Positions 20,204-30,002 of a DNA stretch of 64,000 nt are shown here, piece by piece; within the stretch, counting starts at the first letter, position 1, and every line of letters starts with the position of its first letter. Source of the DNA: Coprobacillus sp. CAG:698. Lineage in GTDB: Bacteria; Bacillota_I; Bacilli_A; ML615J-28; CAG-698. Under the pieces are notes generated by a model. The model saw nothing but the letters and a program-made list of their open reading frames with translations. It made no database searches and was not told where the DNA came from. Where the stretch lies: positions 155,848 through 219,847 of the forward strand of contig HF988734.1 of NCBI GenBank assembly GCA_000431235.1, read 5' to 3'. A program made the position numbers and the translations under genes.

Positions 20204-21277
20204 TTGAAAAACGAAGAACTAAACAAAATATTACTTGACGAAGTCGAAAAAGGAACATTTCCTGGAGCTACATATGCGCTAGTTAGTGAATTCGGAACAT
20301 TTTATGGCGCAGTTGGATTTAAATCTTTGTACCCAACTAAAGAGACAAATAGTTTGGATACATTATATGATATGGCTTCTTGTACAAAAGTTATTTGTAC
20401 AACAACTTGTATATTTAAATTAATGGAGCAAGGGAAAATTAGATTATTTGATAGTGTTTCTATGTATTTACCTAAATTTAAACATACAGACATATTAATA
20501 TGGGATTTAATGACTCATACATCTGGCCTTCCTGCTGGATTGGGCGGAGTAACAAAAATTAAATCACGTGAGGAAGCTTTAGAAAAGCTTTACGCAACAG
20601 AAACAGTTTATCCTAAGAATTCGAAAATATTATATTCTGATTTAGGATATGTTCTTTTAGGACTTGTCATTGAGAGCATAAGCGGATGTTCATTAGATGA
20701 ATATGCAAGAATTAATATTTTTGAACCATTGGAAATGTTTGACACAACTTTTAAACCAAAAGATAAAGAAAGGTGTGCTCCAACAGAAGAACGTAATGAT
20801 GATATTGTCAAAGGTATTGTTAGAGGACATGTTCATGATGAGTTATCTTACATCTTAGGTGAAGTTAGTGGTCATGCTGGTTTATTTAGTACTGCTAGTG
20901 ATATACAACATTTTATTGAAATGGTTCTAAACAATGGTATCTATAATAATAAGAGAATACTTTCAAGAGCTACTATAGATCTAATGTTCACTCCACAAGT
21001 TGAAGAAAAAAAAGGTGTTGCCTTAACGCTAAATACAAGGGGTTTAGGATGGATAGTGCAAGGTGATTACTGCTCTGCTGGAGATCTTGCAAGTAAAGAA
21101 ACAATTCTACACACAGGATTCACGGGAACAAATGTTTTTATTGATAGAATCAATAAAGTAGGATTTACTCTTCTATCTAATAGAGTTCATCCAACAAGAA
21201 ATAATACAAAGATTATCCCATTTAGAGGAAGACTTGGAAATTACATAATAGCTAATTTTGGAGGAAGAAATAAATAA
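20204..21277 (+). CDS. Serine hydrolase, beta-lactamase/PBP-like (class C-type fold)
   Basis: 'SCTKV' S-x-x-K active-site motif near residue 60 and overall AmpC/DD-peptidase-like length. Apparent TTG start with no clear RBS, possibly translationally coupled. Confidence 0.65.
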   Translation: MKNEELNKILLDEVEKGTFPGATYALVSEFGTFYGAVGFKSLYPTKETNSLDTLYDMASCTKVICTTTCIFKLMEQGKIRLFDSVSMYLPKFKHTDILIWDLMTHTSGLPAGLGGVTKIKSREEALEKLYATETVYPKNSKILYSDLGYVLLGLVIESISGCSLDEYARINIFEPLEMFDTTFKPKDKERCAPTEERNDDIVKGIVRGHVHDELSYILGEVSGHAGLFSTASDIQHFIEMVLNNGIYNNKRILSRATIDLMFTPQVEEKKGVALTLNTRGLGWIVQGDYCSAGDLASKETILHTGFTGTNVFIDRINKVGFTLLSNRVHPTRNNTKIIPFRGRLGNYIIANFGGRNK

Positions 21278-21282
21278 ATAAT

Positions 21283-22269
21283 ATGAATAATATAACTCTT
21301 AAGCCTTTTTCAAGAGAATACACAGAAAAAGTCGTTGACTTATGGAATAAAAATGCTGCTTGTAAGACTATTTACGCAGAACTAACAATTGAAGAGTTTA
21401 AAGATAAATTCTATAATAATCCTAATTATAAGGATGAAGGCAGTATACTTGCTTTTGATGGTGATTTATTAGTTGGATTTGGGAATGCTATTTATTATTT
21501 GGATTCAAATCCAGAAACTAGTCCTGCTTATATTAGTATGATCGTTGTTGAGGAAAGTTATCAAAGACATGGCATTGGCACAATGATACTTAAATCACTA
21601 GAAAACTATTTACGTAGTGAAGGAAGAAAATATATAAGAAATTATTTCGGATGTCCAATTAATTTGAAATGGTATGTTCCTGGTTATTATAAGCATGAAC
21701 ATTTAGGTGCTCCTGCAGTGCCATATAATACACCTATTTATTATCTATTCCTTGCTAATAACTATTATTCAGATGGACAACAAGATGGATTTCATATCGA
21801 TTTAACAAAATTTACTATGCCTGAAGTTGTTGTTAACAAAATAAAAGAAAACGAAAAAGATGGATATACAATAACAATTTATGATGAAAAATTGCATCAT
21901 GGATTTGATGAAATGTTTGATGCACTTCAAAACGAAGGCTTTCGAAGAACGGTTCATCGTGTTTTAGAAAATGATAGACATGCAAAAATCGTAATAGCCC
22001 AAAAAGATGGTGAAATACTTGGCTTTACAGGACCAGTTAAAACAGAACCAACTGGAAGAGGCTCATTAGGAGGCGTTGCAATCCATCCAAAAGCTCAAAA
22101 AAGAGGTTTAGGTAAAACAATGTTCTGTTACTTATGTTTAAAATCAAAAGAAAATGGAGCTAAGTTTATGACTTTGTTTACTGGTTCAGAAAACAGAGCA
22201 CGTAACATCTACTTACACGCTGGACTTAAAATTGTACAATCATTTAATATAATGAGGAAGGAATTATAA
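21283..22269 (+). CDS. Tandem-GNAT N-acetyltransferase
   Basis: Two acetyl-CoA binding motifs ('QRHGIGTMILKSLENYL' and 'QKRGLGKTMFCYLCL'). Confidence 0.65.
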   Translation: MNNITLKPFSREYTEKVVDLWNKNAACKTIYAELTIEEFKDKFYNNPNYKDEGSILAFDGDLLVGFGNAIYYLDSNPETSPAYISMIVVEESYQRHGIGTMILKSLENYLRSEGRKYIRNYFGCPINLKWYVPGYYKHEHLGAPAVPYNTPIYYLFLANNYYSDGQQDGFHIDLTKFTMPEVVVNKIKENEKDGYTITIYDEKLHHGFDEMFDALQNEGFRRTVHRVLENDRHAKIVIAQKDGEILGFTGPVKTEPTGRGSLGGVAIHPKAQKRGLGKTMFCYLCLKSKENGAKFMTLFTGSENRARNIYLHAGLKIVQSFNIMRKEL

Positions 22270-22270
22270 A

Positions 22271-23206
22271 ATGCTTTTAAAGAAACTATCAAAAGGAGAC
22301 ACTATAGGTATTATTAATCCTGCTTTTAAAAATCCTCAAGATGTTTATACAAGATATAGTAAAATGATAGAGACAATTGAAAGCAAAGGTTATAAAATAA
22401 AGTTTGGAAAAACTTTTACACTTGAAAATGGATATTTAGCTGGAACAGATGAAGAGCGTGCTAATGATTTAAATGAAATGTTTAAAGATGAAACAGTAAA
22501 AGCTATTATCTGTATGCGTGGTGGATATGGAGCTAGTCGAATGGTTGATTTAGTAGATTATGCTTTAATAAAGGATAATCCTAAAATTATATGTGGATTT
22601 AGTGATATAACAGTTTTACTAAATGCTATTTATAAAAAAACTGATATGCCAACCATTCATGGATTAGTGTCTTTATATATTGGTTCAAAATCATGTGATG
22701 AATTTTCCGAAAATGATTTTTGGAAAGTACTTACTGAAAACCAAAAAGGAAGAGTATTAGAAAATCCAAATAAAGATGCGAAAACATTAATACCAGGTAA
22801 AGTAACTGGAAAACTTGTGGGCGGAAACTTAAGCTTAATAGCTACGCTTGTCGGTTCTGAATATGAAGTTGATTTTACTGATAAGATTGTTTTCATTGAA
22901 GAAGTAACTGAAGAACCTTATCAAATAGATAGATACTTTTCTTCCATAAAACTAAGAAAAATGTTTGAAAAAGCAAAAGGATTTGTTTTTGGATACTTTT
23001 CAGAATGTGAACCAAGTGAAGGAAGGAAAGGAACACAATCATATTTAGATATAATAAAAGATTATGTTGGAAACCTTAACAAACCAACAATATATGATTT
23101 TGCTTGTGGACACAGTTTCCCTTTCATTAATCTTCCAATTGGTACATTAGTAACTTTAGATGCAAATAATAAAAAAATCATTATAGAGGAGGAAATCTAT
23201 GAATAG
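22271..23206 (+). CDS. LD-carboxypeptidase (peptidase S66, LdcA/MccF family)
   Basis: 'ICMRGGYGASRMVDLVDY' S66 signature region; 311 aa. Confidence 0.75.
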   Translation: MLLKKLSKGDTIGIINPAFKNPQDVYTRYSKMIETIESKGYKIKFGKTFTLENGYLAGTDEERANDLNEMFKDETVKAIICMRGGYGASRMVDLVDYALIKDNPKIICGFSDITVLLNAIYKKTDMPTIHGLVSLYIGSKSCDEFSENDFWKVLTENQKGRVLENPNKDAKTLIPGKVTGKLVGGNLSLIATLVGSEYEVDFTDKIVFIEEVTEEPYQIDRYFSSIKLRKMFEKAKGFVFGYFSECEPSEGRKGTQSYLDIIKDYVGNLNKPTIYDFACGHSFPFINLPIGTLVTLDANNKKIIIEEEIYE

Positions 23207-24518
23207 ACCTATTAAAAGATTTTGCTTTGATGGCAATATAAAATATTATGGCACTGATAAAGAAGTCTTAATAAGTGATGATTATAAAGAAAAAGACGAA
23301 GAGTTACGTGGAGTTTGGTTCTCTACAGTAGCTAATATTGATATTCCAAAAATGACTGATACAGGCGTAGAAAGTCAAGAAAAATTAAAAGAATATTTAC
23401 AAGATGTAATTAAAACGTTAAAGGAATATCATATGAATACTATAATATTCCAAGTGAGACCAGTTAATGATGCGCTATATGATTCTGCACTAAATCCATG
23501 GAGTAGCGTTCTAACAGGTAAAGAAGGAACAAATCCTGGATTTGATGTTTTTGGTTATTTTATGGATGAAGCAAAGAAGAATGGCATAGAAGTGCATGCT
23601 TGGATAAATCCATACAGAGCTGGAAGAGTAAACATTAAAGAAGCAAATATGACTAAAGAACAATTCTTAGAAACTTTAGCTCCAACGAACTTTGCAAGAC
23701 TTCATCCTGAATGCACTATTCTAACAAAGGAAAACAAACTTTTGTTAGATCCAGCAAATGAAAAAGTTATGGAATTTGTTAGTGATAGCATAATTGAAAT
23801 TGCTAGTAAATATGATATTAAAGCAGTGCACATTGATGATTATTTTTACCCATATGAGGATATCGCCGATGAGAACGAAGAAGAAAAGAAGAAAAAAGCA
23901 GGATTTGAAAAAACTAGTGATTTCCGTCGTGACAATGTAAATAAAATGATAAAACTTATTCATGATAAATTACAAAAACTAGATAAAAAAGTTGAATTTG
24001 GAATTAGTCCATTTGGAATTTATAGAACTAATTCAAAGTTCTATGAAAACAAAGATGATGAAGGTGCATGGGAACTTGGATCAAATAATAGTTCAGGATG
24101 CCTAACAAACTATAAAGGCTTATATGCTGATATTTATAAATGGATGGAAGAAGGCTGGATAGACTACGTAGTACCTCAAAATTATTTTGATATGGATAGC
24201 ACAAAACTTGATGATAAAAACAATGAAAAATGTTTAGTTAGATATGCGGATTTAGCTGACTGGTGGAGTTGGGCAGCTAAGAAAACAAATACAAAACTAT
24301 ACATGGGCCAAGCTTTTTATCGCTATAGCAAAGATGGTGCATGGGCAAATCCAGAAGAAATTCCTAATCAATTAAAGTACAATCAAAACTTAGATAATGT
24401 TTTAGGAACAATATTCTTTACATATAAAGATTTTCATAGAGATGATTGTGAAAGTATTATTAAGGGCAAAGAACTCCTTAAAAAGTTATGGACAAAGACT
24501 CCTAAACATGTGAAGTAA
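23199..24518 (+). CDS. Glycoside hydrolase-like family 10 (GHL10/YngK-like) protein
   Basis: 'MNTIIFQVRPVNDALYDS…GIEVHAWINPYRAG' is typical of the GHL10/DUF187 TIM-barrel family. Confidence 0.6.
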   Translation: MNRPIKRFCFDGNIKYYGTDKEVLISDDYKEKDEELRGVWFSTVANIDIPKMTDTGVESQEKLKEYLQDVIKTLKEYHMNTIIFQVRPVNDALYDSALNPWSSVLTGKEGTNPGFDVFGYFMDEAKKNGIEVHAWINPYRAGRVNIKEANMTKEQFLETLAPTNFARLHPECTILTKENKLLLDPANEKVMEFVSDSIIEIASKYDIKAVHIDDYFYPYEDIADENEEEKKKKAGFEKTSDFRRDNVNKMIKLIHDKLQKLDKKVEFGISPFGIYRTNSKFYENKDDEGAWELGSNNSSGCLTNYKGLYADIYKWMEEGWIDYVVPQNYFDMDSTKLDDKNNEKCLVRYADLADWWSWAAKKTNTKLYMGQAFYRYSKDGAWANPEEIPNQLKYNQNLDNVLGTIFFTYKDFHRDDCESIIKGKELLKKLWTKTPKHVK

Positions 24519-24523
24519 ATAGA

Positions 24524-24566
24524 ATAACTTCTTGATACTAGAAATGGTATTAAGAAGTTTTTTTAA
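24524..24566 (+). terminator. Rho-independent terminator
   Basis: AACTTCTT…AAGAAGTT stem followed by TTTTTTT. Confidence 0.55.
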
Positions 24567-24685
24567 TTGAAAGTGTTTAAACTTTTTGAAAGAAAATAGT
24601 TATTTTTAGTATTTTTTTTGTAAAATGAATAAATAAGTTAATAAAAGAAAATAATAATATAAAGAAAATAAATAAGGAGGATAAA

Positions 24686-25045
24686 ATGGAAAGAGAAAGA
24701 TGTGAAAACTGTAATGCTCCAGTATTTAATCTTAATGTTGATGAACTTTTTAAAAGATGCTCTTATTGTGGAAGCGCATTAGAAAAAAATGACATTAATG
24801 TTATGACTAATATAATAACAATAGAAGATATTTATTATAATGAAATAATAACAGGCCATAGATTGTATGTTGGTTTAAATCTAAAAAGCGATTATGAATT
24901 TTTAAATTTGAAAAGCGCTGAAATTGATAAAAGAATCGATAAACTAGTTAATAAACTATTTGATTATTTTAAAGCAATTGGGAAAAATAGTGAGAAGAAA
25001 AATATAATAAAAGCTATTAATAATATATATGATATTTTTTATTAA
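24686..25045 (+). CDS. Zinc-ribbon protein, hypothetical
   Basis: N-terminal CxxC…CxxC ('CENCNAP…CSYCGS'); strong AAGGAGG RBS. Confidence 0.4.
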   Translation: MERERCENCNAPVFNLNVDELFKRCSYCGSALEKNDINVMTNIITIEDIYYNEIITGHRLYVGLNLKSDYEFLNLKSAEIDKRIDKLVNKLFDYFKAIGKNSEKKNIIKAINNIYDIFY

Positions 25046-25355
25046 AAATTCATGTTAATACCTCTTAAGTTTTATAACTTATAAGGTTTTTTATTTTTCG
25101 TTTACAAAAAAATATTATAGCTATTACTTTATACCTTGTAAAAGCCAATATATTTAAATTGTTTTGGTAATAGAATTAAAAATTGTGAAACTTGAATTTA
25201 TATGAGTAAGGATTAAAAATCGATAAACCATGTTTATTTTATTAAATATTTAAACAATTTCAAAAATCTGTTGGTTTTTTCACCAATTAATGATATAATT
25301 ATATAGAAATTAAAATATAATATTTTCAACTTGAAGATATTAAAACATTAAATAA

Positions 25356-25377
25356 AACATTATGATATAATAATGTT
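25356..25377. promoter_or_regulatory. Perfect palindrome AACATTAT-GATATAAT-AATGTT overlapping a −10 box; candidate operator at the island promoter
   Basis: 8-bp inverted arms flank TATAAT, 25 bp upstream of the first island gene. Confidence 0.35.
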
Positions 25378-25401
25378 ATAAATTAAAGGAGAAATAAAAC
25401 T

Positions 25402-25953
25402 ATGGAAGTTTATGTAACTGGAAAAAAGATGGCTAACAATGTTGAAGTGCTTTGTTATAAAATGGATTCATTTGAAATAGATAAGAAGACAAAAATAATT
25501 GTCAGCAAAGGATATCGTGCACTTGTGTATATTGACAATAAATATTATGATACATTAAAAACAGGAACATATGAAGAATTCAAAAAAGAAAGAGGAAAAA
25601 GATGTGACATCTATACATTTGTAGAAGTAGATAATAAAATTGAATGTAAATATGGAGTTGGTAAATCTGGAAAAGTTTTAAACTCATATGGTAATTATGC
25701 AGTAACAATTATGGGAAGTTTCCAAGGACTTGAAAATTTAGTAAAGGAATTTAACGTGGAAACTAGAGATATTGATGCAATGGCAATTAGAGATAGAATT
25801 AATCCAATAATTCCAGAAGCATTTTCAAAACCAGAAGTTGTTGATGCAACAACTGCAAAGCAAGTATTAAAAGATACATTAACTAGTAAGTTAGCTACAT
25901 TCGGTTTAAAGTTAGAAGAAATTAACATTGAAGGAATCAATATGGAGGCATAA
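25402..25953 (+). CDS. Hypothetical protein (first gene of the Zn-ribbon protease/TIR island)
   Basis: 183 aa, good RBS, no confidently recognised domain. Confidence 0.4.
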   Translation: MEVYVTGKKMANNVEVLCYKMDSFEIDKKTKIIVSKGYRALVYIDNKYYDTLKTGTYEEFKKERGKRCDIYTFVEVDNKIECKYGVGKSGKVLNSYGNYAVTIMGSFQGLENLVKEFNVETRDIDAMAIRDRINPIIPEAFSKPEVVDATTAKQVLKDTLTSKLATFGLKLEEINIEGINMEA

Positions 25954-25954
25954 A

Positions 25955-26659
25955 ATGGGATTATTTGGAAAAGATTATAAAGAAGAAGATCGTTTATATC
26001 GTATAAAAATTAGAGAAAGATTACTTGAAATACCTGGATTATTTGATTCACCATCATCAAGTAAAATCGTTGATAATGGACTTTGTGCTCCATACTTTAA
26101 AGTTACAAAATCCACTATTGAAATGGATGAAAAAATAGACGAATTATCTAAGAGTATTGCATCTGTAAAAACTGAAATACCTGGATCTCAAAAGGTATAT
26201 GAGGGATTACTTGTGGAAATGTTTACGTATCGTAATGATGAATCAAATGTTTGTAAGGGTAAAGAATTTGAACAACTTTGCAAAAACTGGGAAGTTGATA
26301 AAGCCATGTGCGAAGCAAAAATTAAAATAGAGAATTTAAAAAAGCAAAAAGCCGAATTAGACCCTAATGATTTATATTATAATATGAAAAGTAAAAAAAT
26401 TGATGATGATATAAAAAGTGAAGCCGATACAATTAAGAGATTGTTAGAGGTAATGTTCTTAAATGACAAGTATTTAGGAGTTGTTAAAAAATCTGATATT
26501 GAAAATACAGTTAATGAGTGCGCTAATTCTACATCAAAAGACTTTGCTAAACAAGTTAACTTATTACGTAAGAAACGTGTTAAAAACGATTTAGAAAAGA
26601 ATCGTAAAGAAGATCAATACAAGTTATATTCTAATATGCTTGATGATTCTGATAACTAA
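25955..26659 (+). CDS. Coiled-coil hypothetical protein
   Basis: Starts MGLFGKDY after a GGAGG RBS and overlaps the upstream stop; K/E-rich and predicted helical. Confidence 0.4.
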   Translation: MGLFGKDYKEEDRLYRIKIRERLLEIPGLFDSPSSSKIVDNGLCAPYFKVTKSTIEMDEKIDELSKSIASVKTEIPGSQKVYEGLLVEMFTYRNDESNVCKGKEFEQLCKNWEVDKAMCEAKIKIENLKKQKAELDPNDLYYNMKSKKIDDDIKSEADTIKRLLEVMFLNDKYLGVVKKSDIENTVNECANSTSKDFAKQVNLLRKKRVKNDLEKNRKEDQYKLYSNMLDDSDN

Positions 26660-26662
26660 TGT

Positions 26663-27043
26663 ATGATAATAAAAATAGGTGAAAATACATATACTCAATC
26701 CGATATTCAGGAACTCAGAACGAGCATATGTAAGTTAGAAAATGAAATAAGTGAATGTGATAATACTATTGAATCTAAGATTTCAAAAGAAGAATTAAAA
26801 GCAGCTAAAGCTAAGAAAAAACAACTTCTCAAAGCTCTTAAAGAACTTAAAAAAGCAGAAAGAAGATTAGCTATTGTGTCAGATAAATTCAAAGAAAAAC
26901 CTTTTGAAAGTTACTATGATGACAAAGAAGTTGAGGAAATAATCAAAAAGCAAGCTGATAAATTAGTAGACGAAGAAGTGGAAAAAAATCGTAAAGAAAA
27001 ATCTTATAATCAATTCATTGATATGATTGATGATAAAAAATAA
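26663..27043 (+). CDS. Coiled-coil hypothetical protein
   Basis: 126 aa, highly charged with heptad-like repeats. Confidence 0.35.
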   Translation: MIIKIGENTYTQSDIQELRTSICKLENEISECDNTIESKISKEELKAAKAKKKQLLKALKELKKAERRLAIVSDKFKEKPFESYYDDKEVEEIIKKQADKLVDEEVEKNRKEKSYNQFIDMIDDKK

Positions 27044-27056
27044 ATGGAGAAACATT

Positions 27057-28307
27057 ATGCCTAAAAAATGTAAAGTATGTTCTGGCGAAAAGTACGTTCC
27101 ATGTACTGGAAGACCTGGATATGTAGAATGTATGTTCTGTGGAACTGTGTATTCAAATGATGAAATTGAAGAAACGGTTTCTGAAGAAAAGAAAAGTATA
27201 GATTTAATAAATACAATCGGAAAAGGTGTTTGTGAGATTGTTTGGACAGTTGAGAATTGCATGTACCAAGGAACAGGTTGGTACATTGGAAATGGCAATG
27301 TAATTACAAATGCTCATGTTGTTTTGGATGGCCAAGGATATCTTGGACATAAGTTAAATTGTAAATTTACTTATTTAGGTAAGGATGCAGTTTACATCGG
27401 TGAAGCAGAAAAACTTGATCAAGTAAATGATGTGGCTGTAGTAAAGATTAATGATGATGAACGTTTAAAACCTCATGCAGTTAAACTTGCTGAAAACCCA
27501 CAATATACAATTGGGCAAACAGTATATACTATTGGTAACACTGTTGGAAGAGGATTATCTCCTCAAAAGGGTATGATATCTCGCTTGGATGATATGGAGT
27601 TTAGTGAAGGTTGGAAAAAGCTAAACGCTGTACCATTGCTTCGTACAACACTAAATATCGACCATGGAAATAGTGGTGGACCATTAATTAATTCCAAAGG
27701 TGAAGCAATAGGATTAATGAGCAGTGGTCACGTTCAAGAATCTGAAGTGTCAATTTATTCGCAAACAGGAAGAATGGATAATGTTGTAGGTGTTGGTAGT
27801 ATTAAAGTTGATGAATTAAGTATTGCTGTTAGACTTATATGTGTAAAGAATTTATTGAATTCAAAAGAAATATATAAAGAAAAACAAAGACCACAAATAG
27901 AAGCACCTAAAAATGATGGTTTAGTAGACGTTCTTTTGACTTTGCAAATATCATACCTACCAAGTTTATTCTTAGAAAATTTTGATGTGTTTTCAAAAAT
28001 GATTCAAAGTCAAGAACTATTCTGTACTGTAGTTACCCAACTAGCACAAAATGTAGGGGTTAAATATGAATGTTCAGAAGATGATTTTATAATTAAGCCA
28101 TGTGCTAATGGAAGAAGTGTAATGATATTGTATCCAGATATGGTTATTAACGATAACTTATCAATTGTTCAAGTATTTTCACTTACAAAGAAGAAAGTAT
28201 ATGGGGTATTACCAGCAGGTATTCTTGTAGAGATAAAAGATGGACAATTACACAAAATACAAGACGTAGATTTAAATAACTTAGAAAACATAATTAATAA
28301 TTTATAA
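27057..28307 (+). CDS. Zn-ribbon + trypsin-like (S1/HtrA-fold) serine protease + unknown C-terminal domain
   Basis: N-terminus 'CKVCSGEKYVPCTGRPGYVECMFCGT'. Catalytic triad context 'VITNAHVV' (His), 'DVAVVKIN' (Asp) and 'GNSGGPLIN' (Ser). A ~150-aa C-terminal extension has no known motif. Confidence 0.7.
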   Translation: MPKKCKVCSGEKYVPCTGRPGYVECMFCGTVYSNDEIEETVSEEKKSIDLINTIGKGVCEIVWTVENCMYQGTGWYIGNGNVITNAHVVLDGQGYLGHKLNCKFTYLGKDAVYIGEAEKLDQVNDVAVVKINDDERLKPHAVKLAENPQYTIGQTVYTIGNTVGRGLSPQKGMISRLDDMEFSEGWKKLNAVPLLRTTLNIDHGNSGGPLINSKGEAIGLMSSGHVQESEVSIYSQTGRMDNVVGVGSIKVDELSIAVRLICVKNLLNSKEIYKEKQRPQIEAPKNDGLVDVLLTLQISYLPSLFLENFDVFSKMIQSQELFCTVVTQLAQNVGVKYECSEDDFIIKPCANGRSVMILYPDMVINDNLSIVQVFSLTKKKVYGVLPAGILVEIKDGQLHKIQDVDLNNLENIINNL

Positions 28308-28327
28308 GTAGAAAGGAGTAATAAAGT

Positions 28328-28852
28328 ATGAATGAAATGCTTAAAGCACTTAAAGAATACTTAGATAACGGAATAATTAGAGTTTTATGTAACCCAATAA
28401 CAAATTATTCATGCGTATCTTTTCATGATATAGAACATGGAGTTTATGTTAATACTGGATTAGGAGCATCTAGTATTCGTAGTGTTGGTTCATTACTTAA
28501 AATATATGAAAGTAAGAATAGTTTGACACCTAAAAAAATTTGTGAAATAACAAAAATTCCTGAAAGTGCATATGATAGAATTAAAAATCAATCTACTGAT
28601 TTTGATATTTATGATAAAAATCAAATATGTGTTCTTGCAATATGCTTTAAGCTAACACCTACACAAATTAGAAGGTTTTTGAATGCAGCTCATATTTTAT
28701 TACAACCACTATCATATTCTTTTGATGCAGCTTTTGATTTTTATATTAATAATTGGCATTACACAATAGATAACAAAGAAAACATTAATAACTTTTTAAA
28801 ATGTTGTAAGTATTCAGAAGAATATTTAGAAAAATGTTTGGGGTTCCACTAA
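28328..28852 (+). CDS. HTH-containing hypothetical protein
   Basis: 'TPKKICEITKIPESAYDRIKNQSTDFDIYDKNQICVLAICFKLT' resembles an XRE/Cro-type helix-turn-helix. Confidence 0.4.
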   Translation: MNEMLKALKEYLDNGIIRVLCNPITNYSCVSFHDIEHGVYVNTGLGASSIRSVGSLLKIYESKNSLTPKKICEITKIPESAYDRIKNQSTDFDIYDKNQICVLAICFKLTPTQIRRFLNAAHILLQPLSYSFDAAFDFYINNWHYTIDNKENINNFLKCCKYSEEYLEKCLGFH

Positions 28853-29874
28853 TGGCAAACATAAGTAAGTTATTAAGAATAATAGAAAAGCTAAAAAAAG
28901 AAGAAGGTGCTTTATTTGAAAGGTATCCTGATGAAAAATCAATAGATAAAGTTATTGATGAATTCACAACAATTATTACTAGAAGACAAGACGTAGAAAA
29001 ACCCGTAAATAGACTAGAATTAATTAAGCTAATTCTTGATCTAAAAGTGTTGGGTTTAGAAAATGTGAAGAAAATGTATGAAGTTTGTGGATATCCATTT
29101 AATTACAAAAAAACACTTGGTGATTATTATGATGAAGCTTTAAGAATATTTGTTGAAAATAATCTTTTTGATGGCAATCTCCCTGATAATTATCGATATG
29201 TTTACGAAATTAATAGCATTGATATTGTAGACAATTATGAGAAATATGAATATGTTTTAAAGAATATTATTTTAACACTTTACAAGATGAAATTTGGAAA
29301 AATAAATGGTGAGGAAGAACATCTTCTCTATAATCTTGCAATGCTTGAAGATAGATTTCTAGATACTGATCAAAATATAAAAAGATTACTTTATCCTAAT
29401 TGTAAAGAAATGGATGCCTTTAGAAATTATTTACTAAAATATGATGAAGAAAATCAAGGAACATATGCTCCTGAATATCAAGAAATAATACACGTTATAT
29501 TATTAACTATTTTAGATAATTTTTATGAAGACCGAAAAACATGTAAGATGTTTAGAAGAGTAATAAGTGATGTTCCAAGAAGTGTTTATAAAAAAATGTT
29601 TATGGATAAACTATTTGTTACTGAAATGTTTTCATATAATTACTTTGAATCATTTTATAAAAAAGTATTCTTAGATGATGACTATCAAGAAAAGGAAAAA
29701 GCATTAATAGATTTATTTACGATAATATTTACTAATCTTAAGACAATAAATGTGCCTATTGAAATTCCCCAAACAGTAGCTATGAAAATTAATTATAAAT
29801 TCTTAGGGCTAGAAGTTAAAGAAATGGTTAATCACTTTAAAAAAATTAAACATGAAATTGATAGAAGATTATAA
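28852..29874 (+). CDS. Alpha-helical hypothetical protein (possibly TPR-like); start overlaps the upstream stop (TAATG)
   Basis: ~340 aa, all-helical composition, translationally coupled to the HTH gene. Confidence 0.4.
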   Translation: MANISKLLRIIEKLKKEEGALFERYPDEKSIDKVIDEFTTIITRRQDVEKPVNRLELIKLILDLKVLGLENVKKMYEVCGYPFNYKKTLGDYYDEALRIFVENNLFDGNLPDNYRYVYEINSIDIVDNYEKYEYVLKNIILTLYKMKFGKINGEEEHLLYNLAMLEDRFLDTDQNIKRLLYPNCKEMDAFRNYLLKYDEENQGTYAPEYQEIIHVILLTILDNFYEDRKTCKMFRRVISDVPRSVYKKMFMDKLFVTEMFSYNYFESFYKKVFLDDDYQEKEKALIDLFTIIFTNLKTINVPIEIPQTVAMKINYKFLGLEVKEMVNHFKKIKHEIDRRL

Positions 29875-29885
29875 ACAAATTAAAT

Positions 29886-29904
29886 TAGGCCACTGGCCTT
29901 TTTT
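29886..29904 (+). terminator. Short GC hairpin (AGGCC ACT GGCCT) + TTTTTT
   Basis: Located after the helical protein gene and before the TIR gene promoter (TGTATAAT at 29953–29960). Confidence 0.45.
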
Positions 29905-30002
29905 AAAAGAAGTTTTAACTTGAAGATTTTTGTAGACAAAAACATAAAATAGTGTATAATATACTTATAAAAATAAGTCAATCACAAAGAAAGGTGAAAC
30001 TC

